Source: Catajapyx aquilonaris
Taxonomy: Eukaryota
Reading direction: 5' to 3'
Assembly (NCBI GenBank): GCA_000934665.2
Contig: JYFJ02001774.1
Location: 1 to 64,000, forward strand
Length of the DNA: 64,000 bases
The position numbers and the translations under genes were made by a program. This document shows positions 1 through 14,700 of this stretch, in pieces. The notes below the pieces were generated by a model. The model was not told where the DNA came from. It ran no database searches and was given only the letters and a program-made list of their open reading frames with translations. The stretch's first letter is position 1; every line of letters starts with the position of its first letter.

Positions 1-199
1 GCGGGGGGGGGGGGGGGGCGCAGACCCACGCCGGCGCTTTTGGTGTGCCTGGAAATCGTTACGGGCTCGATGTAACCCTTGCCACCTACGAAGAAAAAAA
101 ATTTTTGGGGGCGAAAAAATAATATTCTGAACTCCGTCGATCTGGAGTAATAATATTGCGCGAAAAATTTGTGCGGCTTCAGGAGAAAAGAGCATATGG

Positions 200-760
200 A
201 ATAATATTGGTGCCAAATCATATTAGCCATGTTTATATGAATAAAATATTATATCTGAACACTTTGCGAAAAACCTTTACCTGTCTGTAATGAATGAAGC
301 ATTTTGCAAAAGTGCTGAGTATCCGATAATATTTCGCAAAAAAAGACCGGTAATGCAAGGTTTTGTGATAAATAAAATTAGTCACGTTTATGTGAATAAT
401 ATTTTCAGTGCTGTACATATGCAATAATTTTTTGCAAAAACTATCTGTAATACCATATTTCATGACATAATATTAGACATGTTTATGTGAATTTTTGCAA
501 AAATTATTGCATATCTGATATAACTGCTGACATCTCTAAGGAATAAAAGTGTTTTGCAAAAAAATGCGTAATGCCATATTTGGTGACATAATATTAACCA
601 TGATTATGTGAACAAAATTTCGCAAAAAAAATCTGCATATATCTGAAATTACTGCGAATAAAATCTGTAAGGAATAAAAGTATTTTTGCTAAAGTAATGT
701 ATGCAATATTTTGGAAACAAACTCTATCCTGTGCATAATAATTCTTGACATATCCACATT
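200..760. repeat. Degenerate AT-rich tandem repeat, period about 100-150 bp
   Basis: The motif (ATATTTGGTG)ACATAATATTARMCATGWTTATGTGAA recurs near 205, 360, 455 and 576, with TAAGGAATAAAAGT..TTTTGC repeated after the last two copies. Confidence 0.55.
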
Positions 761-1444
761 TTGAGGCAAAAAAACTATTTTTGAGTGTTATCTGGAATAA
801 TTGGACGGTCAAGGACACGTATGTATGACGCTTGTGTACAAATATCACGCGGCTGATAAAAAGGCGGTAGGGGTGACTTGTTGGTCCAAAGAGAGACAAG
901 CTTGAATTGAGTCAGTTTGTGAAAGCGAAATTTTTTAGGTGGGGAGCATGGTGGGGCTTATAGTAGAAGTAGAGCGTTGGATTATTAGAGCGATGAGTTC
1001 TAAACCACGGTGTTCTGTTGTTACAGGTGTCCAATCGAAGCGAGTCTAAAATGGATGTCAGAGGACGTCAGAACAGCTCAAACATGGTGAGTAGCATGAA
1101 GCCGAGAGAAACTAGGGGAAGCATGTGGTTGCGTAGTTTTCTTTGGAACTAACTGTACATTGCGGCGATGCCAAATTATCTCTTGCAAGGTCATGTGCTT
1201 TCATGTGGCTTATTATTGCAAGCCTTATGACAATCACACAAAAAAAAATCAGAGTGTAAGTTAACCTACCAGGCTCTAATTAACCACCTGTTGCATTTGA
1301 TGTGGATATTAGGTTGTGATCATATACGTTATACTGTAGAATTGGCGCAGTGTGACTTTGTCCCTACAGGCGTTGGATCATGGCATTTAGTTACTATAGT
1401 TATCACTTTCCCACAGGACACAACAGGTTCATTCTCTACGTCTG

Positions 1445-1918
1445 CAGGGTGACTCTAAAGTCTGGACAGGGAGCATATACTACATAAGAGGCGCAAACTT
1501 CTGTCGGCGCCTTTGATGTTCGCGTCTCTCTGTTTGGGGCCGTTGCCAAGGCTGGCGGCCATTTTGAAGTGTGGGAAACTCCAACGAGGTATAATTATGG
1601 TACAGGCAAAAATATGGTCCGCCATCTTTGATGGTTTTGGCGGCCATGGCAACTACACGGCAAGAACACGCGCGAATCAAAGATGGCGGACCCTATTTTT
1701 GCCTGTACCCTCTTTATACCTCGTTGGCGTTGCCCACACTTCAAAATGGCGCCAGCCTTGGCAACGGCCCGAACAGAGAGACGCGCAAATCGAATGTTTG
1801 CGCCTCTTGTGCATTCAAACTTTAATACTGGCTGTCAATAATCTGCTAGTTGGCGGCACAACTGGAAACCAACATGTCAATCCAATTACATGTGTATCCT
1901 GACTGTAAAGTCACCCTG
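1445..1918. mobile_element. Tc1/mariner-type MITE with palindromic body
   Basis: Ends are CAGGGTGACTCTAAAGTC and GACTGTAAAGTCACCCTG followed by TA. Inner inverted arms run ~1483-1632 and ~1677-1811. A solo end of the same family starts at 5500 (TA|CAGGGTGACTCTAAAGTCAGGATACA). Confidence 0.7.
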
Positions 1919-4900
1919 TATAGGGGTCAGAGGTTCAGACACATTTCAATGGAAGCGAAACACACTCAGGTGGGTTTTGTCCGCCCGGTGACTCATCACC
2001 AACGTGCATGTAGTACTGCTTTCCCCCCGAGAGCGGCAGTAGTGTGCAGAGAGCAACTGGTAGTGGCATGTACGTCAAAGTGGGTGGCGGGCCAGGCACT
2101 GTTGCCAATTTTTTAGCATCAGATTTTACTACTAGGACAGGATATTCTGCCATGTGACTGCCACGTGTCCATGTTTTGATTGCTCCTTACCAGCCCTGTC
2201 CCATTCCCCTCTACTATACAAGGGGGGGAGGTCGACCCAGAGAGAGGAGGTACCGATGGGGTTCCAAGGGGGGGTTAGCCCAGGAAGGAAAACTTTTTGA
2301 AAAGAATTCCTGGGGATGCCCCCAATTAAAGGGCGTGGAAATATAGGGAATCCCCCGCACCCTCGCCCCTTCGGATTTGGGATATCAGGCAGGGGGGAAA
2401 GGGGCGCGATGAACTGGTTAATTTGTTCTGTGGGCTGGGTGAGAGCCCCCAGACGGTGGCAGTGGTGGTAGAGGAATTGTATAAGAGTGGTAGGAAAAGA
2501 GGGGTGTGTGAGAGGTGAAGAGACAACAATGAAGGGAGACTCAGAGAGAGGGATGAATGATGCCCAATGCTCAGTCAGGGAAAAAGCCAGTTCTCTCTCT
2601 CCTCTCCCTTACCCCATAGGGATTATACTACCAACCTCACCCCTCTCTCTTACTTCTTTTTCCCTCTTCAAGCTCCCTCTCCCTTCCCGATGACTGCCCC
2701 AAGTGCTCTGCAGGATAGGAAGGTCCGGGGTTTCAGGGAAACATGAGGGATCGAGGGTGGGGCCAAGGGGTGATGAGAAGAAGGTGTGCCAAGTGTCAAG
2801 GGGAGGGGGAGGGGGAAAAGTCAGGCACCTGCAGACACAATATAAGTCACGACTAGAGGGGAGAACCTGTTGATTTTTTTTTTACAAGGGAAGCTGGGGG
2901 GATGGGGGATAGTATTAATTATTATAATTAATTGGAGACCACGTGGGACTATTCAGAGAGTCTTCCCAGTTTTTATGGATTTTGTGGGATGATCATGAGA
3001 AAATAATGTAATTTTCACAATGAGAGTTATCAGATGTTATATGAGAAGGATGCATAACATTACATTGTGACATTACTGGCAGTAATTATTGTCCATTGTG
3101 ACGTCAGTGCTATTCGATCGAGTGTATTATATTATGGTGGTGCCAGATTTGTTGCAGCGTTGTGCAATTTTCAGTGGACATTGTATTTTAATAACATTAG
3201 TTGAAAATTCAAACCAACGTTGGAAGGTTCTTAGCGCCTTTTGTGGTCGTGTTAAAAGCAACAAAAAAATGCACATTTGCGAGTTTGTAGACCAATGTTA
3301 CAACTCAGATAACAACTATATTACCCTTTTTATCACATATTTGGAACAACTTTCACTAAACATAATATTAATACTGCAACGTATCATTTATAGTTAACAT
3401 TGATTCCTAATAGCCATAACTGGAATTGAGACAAAACGCTGTAACTCTGTATGGCCCACTAGAGTACTAGTAACGATTTTTGCAAAACACGAATTAAGAA
3501 TAGGCTGCACGATTGCAACGAGTTTAATAATAACGGTTACAAACTTGTAAAAGTATTTCAGTGACGTCTTGCTACTTTGTCACCTGTTGACGTCAAGATG
3601 AATGGTGTACTGTACTGTATACAGTAAACGTGACACATTCGAGGGGGAAAATACGTTACAGCGACCTGCCACAACCTGTCATAAGTACAGAACAATGTGT
3701 TATAACGCATATAATATTGTCACGTCGATTAAATTAATTGTGCAGGGTATGACGTCAGCCTAGTGACAATGTGTTTCAAAATATAACTTTCATCCGAATC
3801 AGTGAGCTCAGTTTTGAAACAGATGGTATTGTTAAAATTGGTCGACTGATTTTTAATACAGTGTGTACAGTATACTGTACAAATGTTATAGTTCGACTAT
3901 TTTAGTATTTTGGAGAATTTTTCGAGTGGTATACGCCTTACAGCGTAAGGGGGCATGAACCCTCACTCTCAGAAAATACAAAAAAGAAAGCTCGGGTTGC
4001 ACATTTTGCCAAAATGTTTGGAACTCCCAGCGGTCCAGGACCCCTGTCTTTTGTAGCAAGACAATGTGGTTCGTCGCTACTTTTTTTTTGTGTGCGTGTG
4101 TTGTTTTATTTTTTGGTGGTAGCAGTGGGGCTGTTGGGAGGGGGGGGGGNGGGGGGGGGGAGGGGCAGGCGACGCCGTCCAAAATAGCGTGGGCCAGGTG
4201 CCAAGCGAACGCCATATAACAACCTATGGTGTGCCACGATGCCAAACGTCATCCAAGCAAGTTCGTGTCACATTTGCAACAAACTACTGAACATGTTCAG
4301 TAAATTTGTTAAAAAAATTAAAATAGTTATACTCTACTGAAGGTAGATGTGCCAATTTATATTACCGTAGTTGATGACATTCAAATAGTGCATAGGACTT
4401 TTACTCTGCTTTATGTGAATGGCCCTATTTTTTTTGGCAAGAATTTGTCAACAATCCGTTGGTACTCTTCATTGGTGCTTCAACAACTCAGTATGTGAAG
4501 CAGCAGAAAACTTGACGCATACATTTTTAACATGTCGCATATGAAGCTATATGGTATGTCGGGTGGTGCAACTCTTTATAAGTGGGTGGGTGTTTGGGAG
4601 GCATTTCCTGAACTTGGGGGGACGACCGGATGTAGGATGTTCGCTTATCTCTTGTCATCTTACAGCTCTTCATTCACAGCGCCTACTAACTTGCGCTTAT
4701 TGTGCTCTGGCCAAAAAAAACATTTCCGGTCATGCATTTGTTGTCATTTTGCAACTTTTTCGCACGTTTTTTTCTTTCTTTCTTCTGTACCATCTACCAC
4801 TGGGGTCGCATGAGACCATATGCTGTCTTTACATACACAGGGTGGTGGGAAAGGTTGGAACTTCCTCTCGGATTTAGGCGTATTGAGAATTTCTAAGAAC

Positions 4901-5077
4901 AATTTATAAGACCACAGCACTGTTTGCATTCATGTAGCCAGATCTGAAGGAAAACCTGCGATATCCTTGCCAAAATTATAAAACCGGCCCCGACTGTCAA
5001 CGTAGTTCCACATCTCTCACATAGATGACCACACTACTACCCGCGGACAGAGGCACAGACTCAAACCAATTTTATAT

Positions 5078-5300
5078 AAAAGGGGCGTGGCCTAGGTGCA
5101 TTCCGACTCCTGCCAACCCCTTCCTGGAGGGCGAAAATTCCAGGGAAAATTTGGCTCAAATTATTCAATTGGTGACGATATGTAACTACAATGTGTAGGT
5201 TCACAAATTCCCCAATCTGAGTAATATTTTCCCGGGAATTTTCTCCCCCCAGGAAGGAAATGTCAGGAGTCGGAATGCGCCCTTAGGCCACGCCCCTTTT
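5078..5300. repeat. Imperfect inverted repeat (MITE-like)
   Basis: AAAAGGGGCGTGGCCTAGGTGCATTCCGACTCCTG pairs with CAGGAGTCGGAATGCGCCCTTAGGCCACGCCCCTTTT; arms are about 80 bp. Confidence 0.7.
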
Positions 5301-6555
5301 GTCGCCGCGGCAATTTGAAATTGACTGTTTACTTCCCCCNCCCCCCCCCGATAATTCATTAAGGAATGACATTTTGGTGGTGAAAAGTGATACTTGTAGA
5401 ATGTGTTTTTACATGTATGGTTGAGCTATTTGTGTACAGTACAAAATTTACCAAATCTCATACAAAGGTTAGTACCTCATTGCGAATATTGACACATTAC
5501 AGGGTGACTCTAAAGTCAGGATACATAGGTATAATTGGGTGAAATTGTTGGTTTCCAGTTGTGACAACTCAAATTTTACTGACTGTCAATAATATTGAAA
5601 ACCTCGGGGGAAGAACGATCAAGGTACACCTCAGGTGAAATCGAGATATTCTAATTTCAAATTTCAAAGGCCCATAAGGTTCCATTGTAAATCCCCCACT
5701 TTCAGAGCCTTCCATAGTGACCTATGATCATTACTCGCCACAACCACGACCCAAACATCATATTATAAACTATAGTGAAACTATCTTCTGAGATATGTAA
5801 CTCATTTTTGACACTAAAAAGTGGACCTTGATCGTTTGCCCCCCCCCCCCCNGGGGGGTAAAAAAAAACCGGTGCCGGTTGGTATATTGGGGAAGAGTTT
5901 TTGACCGGAAATGAGGTAGCAGATAGCAACAGGTGACAACCGAAGAGCACAGGGCAAATACCGTTAATGTCTTCAGAGCTCCCATACTCCTCACGTGTTC
6001 ATTACTTGCAACGGCTTCTTCGGGTTTTTGTTGTTGAGGCCAAGTGTTGGGGCACACTGGCGGAAGTTTTCTTTCCGGACTGAAGGAAGTAGACGTTACT
6101 TGTAGAGAAGGGGGGGGGGGGGGGGGGGGTGCAACTNGGGGGGGGTGTGTGTACCAGAAAAAGAAGCGTCCACTCAGCGGAAGTTTCCTTGGAAAATCGG
6201 GCAGTAGGATCACGGTCAGCGTACCTTATGTCGCGCACCGTGCCGCACTTGAGGATAAAAACCAGATGGTGTAACCGACTTGGGGTAATGAACCGAGCAG
6301 GACGCGTGCCGTTGGGAAGGAAAAGGAGTTTGAAGAGTAGGGGAGGGCGATTGTAAACTTGAGAGAGCGTGTCTAAAATGTTGGAAGAGTTATATGACTT
6401 CATGGCTCGACTCGCACGAATCCGGCATCTGGATTCAGGTGTTGCATTTTGTGCGGAAACTTATGCACAGAATAACTGGCGTAAAACTACAAGAGGTATC
6501 CAGTGCTGGCGAAATTTGGTTTCAAATACAGGCCATACAACACTTCCACTATTTA

Positions 6556-7035
6556 CCTCCGGATGTTTGTCCCATAGATATCGAAATACTATACTTGTAA
6601 TAGTATTCCGATATCTATGGTTTGTCCGACCTGATAGTACCGCGCTGGAGGCCGATTTCCCAAGTAGTACTATTCTTCACGCATAGATGGCGCACCCTTC
6701 CACTGCACATTCCTGCCACTCGCAAGTCGTGCGGGTGATGGTGGTACTATCAGAGTATCAGATTGGACAAACATCCGACGGAGATAATAAGCTGATTAGA
6801 AGGATACTATGGCAACTACATGCACCTAGGTGATGAGTCACTGCGTGTGGACAAAGTCACGCCTATATGATTGGCTAGGTGTGACTTTGTCCTTACACGT
6901 GTTTACTCATCACCTAGGTGCATGTAGTTACCGTAGTCACCACTTGGCGGAGTAGTGTGCAGAGAGGAAGGATGCGCGCCATCTGATTGTGGCATATCGT
7001 ACTACGTCCAAGTGTCGGGCAGTGTTGCCAAATTT
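6556..7035. repeat. Cluster of nested hairpins (probable non-autonomous TE remnant)
   Basis: Hairpins at 6572-6620, 6558-6778 and 6805-6936, plus an inverted pair 6660-6718 / 6945-7006. The right part is homologous to 1990-2115. Confidence 0.6.
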
Positions 7036-8759
7036 TGGCCTAGTAATGACTTGATTTTTTTTGATACATTTTTTAAATATTTTTAAATTAGCAAATGAAC
7101 TAACATGACTGTACAGTACAGGACGCTGTGTAGGATGATAGGCATATATGGGTTCATGTAATTAAAGTACGTTGTAATTGTTAGAGGCAATATTATGCCA
7201 GGAGCGTGGCTAACATACTGTAGTAAGGAAGGGGCATGTAAGAGAGCAGAGTTTTGAGGAGGGTTTTCCGGTCCTTATGGTCCTCTTTGGGATTCGGGAG
7301 GCCCCCCCAGACCCTTTTGTTCACCAACTGCATTGCGCCAAGGTCACCATCACCATTCACTTTTCCACAGCTGGAAAGGGAAGCTTCCCAAACCAAACCA
7401 ACCAACTGTGGAGCTACAAGAACCATGCGAAGTTTCCTTTTTGAGTTCCAGGGGCCTCCATGGTTGCCTTACAGTTTAGCCCTCTTGTGCTCTATGCACA
7501 TTTTATTACTCCAAGGGGGCCTGTAGTTGGCAAATTTTAATGAATAGTAACGTTAATCAATTTTTTTTGCAGGCATGTACAAGTAATTGAACTAGGAGGC
7601 TTACAGATGCAAATTACAGCGGTTATTAGTTTAACAAACCGTTACATACGATAATCCATGATTATCAAGAGTGTTGCAACGCTTGGCACTGCAAAATTAA
7701 CAAATCACAACATTTGCATGCTTAAAACTGATGAGCACTATTTTGGTTTAATGAAATGCTTTTGGGCGCTTTCATACAGTGTGTTTAAAAATATTTTTAA
7801 AAATAAAATCAGGGGCTACTTTATTTCAGCAAAAAGTAATGAAAATATGCATCGTCGAGTTTAATAGTACCGCGTGTACCTCCGCGTCACAACAAAACCT
7901 AATGCATGCCATGTGCTATTTGTAGAAGTAGTTATGTAAGCGTTGCGCTACAGTGTAGGAATATCTGGTCATTGACGCAGCGATATGCGGTGCTGATTAA
8001 CAGAGTTCATTACCGTCCCTGACTCGTGCAATGAGCAGGAGCTAAGTGTAGACCGTGATAACCGAGTGCGTACGGACCCATGCACTTTGACTTACACAAC
8101 TCTGCGATGGCTTGTGTAACATCATTCAATGTCATGCGCATTTATAAGGCTTATAATTCAATATGAATAGCTGTACATGTGAACAAAATACATTTAAATT
8201 GCGCCATTGAAATTAGATCTTTATTGGAATGTAATGTTGCTGACGGTTGTGCATGAGCATAGTAACCGCATATTTGTAGCCCCAATATTGCAAAATCATT
8301 TTGCAGAAATAATTTCATTACACATCACGCTCTCAACGAGCCCATCAATTACACGGGTTTAATGCATGTTATTATTTAGGTGTTCTATATTATTTGCATC
8401 GCCAATGAGTGCCACCAATTTGCTTAACCATATTTGTTTATATTAATAGCTATTGCATATGTAATAAGCATAATTAGCGTAGCCATTGCATATAAATATA
8501 GTACGTGCAGCTGCAAACATCCCGATAATTTTGGTTACATTTGTCGGCAAGTTTGCAGTTTGGGCATTACCATGGTAACAGACAAACTTTTCTAGCAATT
8601 TTTACGTTCATGACAAATATTATGTACGTGTGCGACTGTAATCTGCGTTCACACATGGCCTTTGCAAGTGTTATTTGGCATTGTCGCGTATTGCATGACA
8701 ATATGCTTCAAGTACACTAACCACTAACAAACTAACCCCTTTCCACACAGGCTCCTGTA

Positions 8760-11700
8760 ATGCCATTTTTTGGCGCTCCGCAGATGGGTGCGCCGCCACC
8801 ATCATCGTCCAACTCGGCTCCTCCTCCTCCTGCCCCTGCCCCACCACCGCCGCATCCATCAGAAGTGGGCTATCCAGCCATCAGGGAAAGATTTCCCAAC
8901 GCCGTGTGGCACCAAACTGGGGATGGCGGCGGACCACCTCCGCCCCATCCCGCACCATGGTCACCCCACCAGCAATTCCCAAATCCTCTGTTGTTAGCTA
9001 ACCCTCAGCAACAGAACCAGGATGGCTTCAGAGGCTATCCTGAACCACCCCCACCACTACCCCCACCGCAGGGTCCACCTCAGTTGGGATACCTGAGTCC
9101 CAGTCCGAGCCACAGCCCAAGTCCAGCAGGGTTCAACTACCACCAACCCAGCCCGCAGCCATACATGCATGAGATGCAGTACGAGCGGCCAGGTGAAAAT
9201 GGTGGCTTCAACAACGGCGGGTTTCAAAACGGGCCTGCCAGGAGACAGCAAGCAGCGACTCCGCAACCTGGGAGGTACACTCCCAATGCCCCTCAGCAGC
9301 CGCAGCAACAACAGCAGCAACAACAACAACCGCAGCAGCAATCGCCCAATGGGATACCAACATCTATTAACGGGCCAGTGCGGAGTTTGAATGGACAGCC
9401 AGGAAGCAGGCCGCCTTCAACGCACTACATGGACACCTCGCCTAGTGTTGCGTAAGTTGATAGTTGGTCACAATCGCATGTAAAACTGATTGCAACCTTT
9501 ATCGGCAGGTACGTGAATGGTAACACAATGATGGCTCCCGTCCCAGTGAGTACTTCCTCAGGACCGACCCCGCCCTCATTTGAAGGCGAGACCACCACCA
9601 AGAGCTTTGTTGACCTGACCGGTCACCCAAACGGGGTGCCTGGGTACCCGCTTCACCCTCCCCAGCCACAGAGTTCACACAACTCTAGCGGGTACCCAGG
9701 GAGTAACAAGTCTGTCGGGGAAAGCTTCTCTTGGAACTGGGAAGATTCATCTGCAGAACCTACCTTCAACGGTGGCTCCAACAAGGAGTTTGCCCATGAG
9801 CAGCTCAACACCAAGCTCAAGACTATGATCCTTAACAAGCAAATGATGCAGCAGATGCCTTTTCCATCTCACGAAATGAACGGTGCGTCGCCTCCAAAGA
9901 ATGAATCGCCTCCAAAGGCACCCCCCAAGGAAGAGTTTCAGCCACGGGACGGTAATTTTTTAGTCCGAGGCCACCCTCAGGCCATGATGAGTAATGGTCA
10001 TCCGGTATGGTCTGAGGGTGGGACAAAAGAAGTGAAAACTTACGACGGCGGTGGCAGTGGCAGTGGAAACATGAATTTTTTAGCGACTAGCTCTGCAGGG
10101 TCGCCCAAGGCGGCACCTGCAGAGCTGAAGCACACCGTGGCCAACAATCCGTCACCTCCTCCTCCACCAATTGAACCCAAATTGTCTGCCTCATTCGGTG
10201 AAGTTGAAGTTAAGAAGGAGGCGCCATCCGAAGAATCACTGCTAAGTCCAAAAGCCTGCCAATGGACCGCTCCTGCTCCAGTCATCAACAACCAGACACC
10301 ACTGGAGGACTTGCCTCAGAAGGAGAGGATTGAACGGCTGAAGAACAACATGAAGGCTGAGGTGCCAGAGTGCAACTGCTTCGCTCCAGACCAATGTGAG
10401 TTTCAGAAATTACAACTTCATTTTTTGTAATTTTAAAAATAGAGGAATTAAGCCTCGTTTACATGTGAGCGATTTGATCAGCAATGTCATTGTTGAACGA
10501 TGAGACCAATTGTTTGGGGCGAAAATGCGTTGTTTTATCACGATCGATACTTTCACTCGACGATGACATCACGGCAACATTGCCGATCAAATCGCTCACA
10601 TGTAAACGCAGCTTCACAATAAAAATAGTAATAAGCTTGTACAGACATTTTAAGCACTGTAGTACAGCCAACGTCATGCTATTAGTAAAGCCGCAAAGGC
10701 CATGATTCACATCTCATTCAAGTTAAAAAGTACCGCTAGTTACGTGAAAATTACTACGCCAACACTTTTGTTGACGTTGCACGCCTCGCCTTGTACGAGT
10801 CAGCTGTTACGCCTCACAACGAGATTGCTCTGGAATCGCAGTGCGAATCCGCCAAGGGCAAGGTCGAGTGAGTGCTCCTTGGAAGTTGAATGGCCGCGAA
10901 AGCCTCCCAAGGATTGCAAGCTTCAACCTTGACCTCAAAACCGAGTTTCAAAAGGGGCTTCCCCCTTTCCCTACTCCTATCTCATCTTGGCTGTCGCTCA
11001 GCTATTGTGAGCGGCGGATTAATGAAATTCCACTAGTGTGTACGTTTTCCCCACCTTGATATTTTTTTTCTTGTTTACGCAGGTCCACCTGAGCCTGGTC
11101 CATACTACACACACCTGGGGGCTGCCCCATCCCTGCCGGCCTTGAGGGAAATGATGGAGAAGAGGTCGGGCCTTTCCGGGAAATCCATACGACTTGAGAA
11201 AATAATATACACCGGGAAGGAAGGGAAGACCAGCCAGGGCTGCCCCATGGCTAAATGGGTAAGTCGGCCTCGATTGTGTGTGGCTAGACTGTTTGGCAGC
11301 GCTTCAACATTACGTGCATCGCCGCAGCATGTGTTTGCGCAATGTTTCGCAATCCAGGAACAAGATTCTTCACCCACTGCCGAGTTCAAGGTCCTCGTTT
11401 AAAATCATGAACGGGATCTCTCGTAATGGATTAAACTCCGTCTCATATCACCACTTGCTGTAGCAACTCCGTAGTGATAATATCATGTTTTGTTTTGAAA
11501 CTGTAACGATATTTTAATAGGCAGTATCAGTTATATTTTACACCTACATTTACCAAGTGTTTTCTAGCACATTCAGATGCAATTTTTGGGGTAATCAATT
11601 GTCTCAAAATTTTCTAATGCGCATTTCTTCTGTTTCAACCAGATCATTCGACGAAATGATCCAGAGGAGAAGATCTTGTGTGTAGTGAAACATCGTACTG

Positions 11701-14700
11701 GTCACCATTGCCAGTCATCTTGGCTCATAGTGGTGACCGTCCATTGGGAAGGAGTGCATGCCCCGTTTGCTGATGACCTTTACCAGACCCTGGTGTACAA
11801 GCTCACAAAGTTTGGGCTGCCCACATCTCGAAGGTGTGGGACCAACGAGCAGAGGACTTGTGCTTGCCAGGGAATGGACTCTGATACAGGTTAGATTGGA
11901 TCTGAATGGTGATCTTCTCAATTTCTAGCATTTGTGCTTGTGTTACCCCTCGATACTTTTATTGCAGGCGGTGCTTCGTTCTCTTTCGGCTGCTCTTGGA
12001 GCATGTACTTCAATGGGTGCAAGTATGCACGCAGCAAGGCAGTCAGGAAGTTTCGCCTGTCTGACGAATCTGAAGAGAAGGAAGTTGAGGAGAAGCTGCA
12101 GGCCTTGGCAACGGATGTGTCACCGATTTATAGGAGCCTTGCCCCAGACTCGTACAACAACCAAGTACAATTTGAAGCAGAGGCTGTGGAGTGCAGACTC
12201 GGAAACAGGGAAGGAAGGCCCTTCACAGGTGTCACTGCCTGTATGGACTTTTGCGCCCATGCACACAAAGACCTCCACAATATGAACAACGGGTGCACAG
12301 TTGTGAGTATATCCTTTGCTCTCATTGCAACTCGAATCGCCGAGAACTAGAAAAAGCTTGTGGAAATTTGTTAGGAAACCTTGCAAAAATTACTTTTCAA
12401 GAGTTACTTTATTACGTGGTAATTATAATCGCACTGTCTCTGTGTCAAGGTGGTGACACTGACGAAACACCGCAGCCTCGGCAAACCAGATGACGAACAG
12501 CTTCATGTTCTACCGCTGTACATCATGGACGAGACGGATGAAAACGGAAGCAGAGAAGGGCAGCTCGAGAAGATTAAGAACGGGTCTCTGGAGGCACTCG
12601 AGAAGTAGGTCCTAGTATATTGAAATATTTGCGGCAGAACAACCTTTTATTGCATTTAAATTTAGTGCTCATTAGGTGGAGTGCTAGAACTGGTCATTTA
12701 AATTATTGAGAGAAATTTCTTCTAGTGCTGAAGTACGTGTAGTTGAACTATTTGCATGCTTGTTATTTGCTACCATATCATCATAATTATTTTCCTGTGC
12801 TATGCATTAAATGAATGCATGAATTAGCTGTATACATGCCTGAAGATTTGAATATCAATAGTAACTGTAGTAGTCGTAATATTCTTCTACATCTACTACT
12901 TGTTATGGGAAAATAACATGCGACACTGATATTGGTTTTGGAATAACCTGAAGTGCATTTCTTCTTTTTTTAAAAATTACACTTTGCAGATTTTTAAAAA
13001 ACCATTTGCCCTAAAAAATATTTGGAGCTCCTTCACACAGAAAAATATTGGCATTGAGTGTGGCAGTGCACCAGTAATTTATTTAAAGGGGCCTTTAAAT
13101 AGACACATGCATGTAATACTGACCACTAACAAAGTAAGATGAAACGTATGCAAATATGAAATTATTATTATCAATTATTATTAGCCAGCTGCAATGATTT
13201 TTGAGGAAAAAAGCCATTCCGTACACAGCTGCCGTAATAGATTTATTCTCCCAATTTTCTTTGGTCAATATCTTAATTCTTACACTTGACGGTTGTTCCA
13301 GTCTCTACTTTTGCATAGTGAAAATTTAAAGGTGTTGAAGTCGAGTGTGTTTCACCAGGTACATCAGGACACCAATCTGGATTGGAAAGTTTTTCTACAA
13401 CTGCAATGCCTAGTTATTTATACTCTTCAGTTTTGGAATTTGCAAGTCTGTTCCGCTCTTTTAGTTTGAGACCTTTCCCTGCAATCAAAAGGGGGACACA
13501 AGGCAATGCTAACCGAGTCTGCAACTTCAGTTGTCTACTCGCAGGTACCCCTGCCAGCTGCGGATTCGACAGACACCACTCCTGCCCTGCCGCTTGAGGG
13601 GGAAAGGGAAGAAGCGGCGGGACACTGATGAACTGGAGACGCCTTCACCACGGAAGGAATGGAATAATGCTCCCATGGAAGACTACCCACCAAGATGGCA
13701 CCCAAATGAGATGACAGGCCCTGCTGAGAAGATCAAGCGGGAACTCTGTTTGGACGGTACCGGGGACATGGACTCTCCACAGCTGCAGAGCAGTCAGGTG
13801 TCATCAACCGTTTGTGAGGGCAGCCAAAGGTTCCGCTACCAGTCACCCCCACCGCATCTGGCCACCATGCCATTCTACAGAGCAAAACCAGATTCCATTC
13901 CGAGCCTGCCGTCGTTTCAGAATGCATTCCGGTCTCATTTAGAGAATCCAGTGCCTGTGTCGTCACCTTGTGCTGTTCCGGACTCAACAACAAGTCCGCG
14001 CCTCACGCCTCATTCCGGATCATGGGGCTCTCCAAATCCGTGGATGACCCCTCCTCCGTCATGGGAAGGTTCACCAAACTGGAACAATCAAGAAAGTCCA
14101 CCTGTGCGGCCCATGCCTCCGCAATATTACAACCAATCGCAATGGACAGAGAGAGGTGAAGAGGAATGGTTTGGGAAGGACATGTTCAGCCCACCGCATT
14201 CACCGTATGTCCCTAATCAACCTGGTCAGCCTCATCCTTACCGTGTTCAAAACCATCCTGGTCAACTTCATGTTCATCCAAACCAACATCAAGTTCAAAA
14301 CCATGTTCAAATTCATCCCAGTCAACCACACGGCCAGCCTCACGCTCTAAGTCATCTCAGCCAACCTCACATGTCAAACCAACCCAGTCCGAATCACCAC
14401 CTTCAATCACATCCGAGCCCAAATCATCCTAATTTTGGCATGCATCCTGGACAGCCCCACATGCAACACCAGGGGCCGCAGCAGCACATGAACCACCAGA
14501 CCGCGAATCACCTCATGTCCAATCACATGCCACCTCACGCTTATCCCATCGCGAACAATCCATACGTTCCAAACCATCCGCCAGTACCCTTGTGGGGAAA
14601 AGAACCAGAACGACCACCACCAGAGGAGAAGCCATCAATAGTTGAGGTGTATTCCGAGTCCGAAGAGAGCTTTTCGGACCCTCAGATCGGGGGGGTTGCC

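Noticed and set aside
4140..6150. Poly-G/C runs containing N
   Set aside because: Probably homopolymer sequencing or assembly uncertainty; the overlapping ORFs are not credible.
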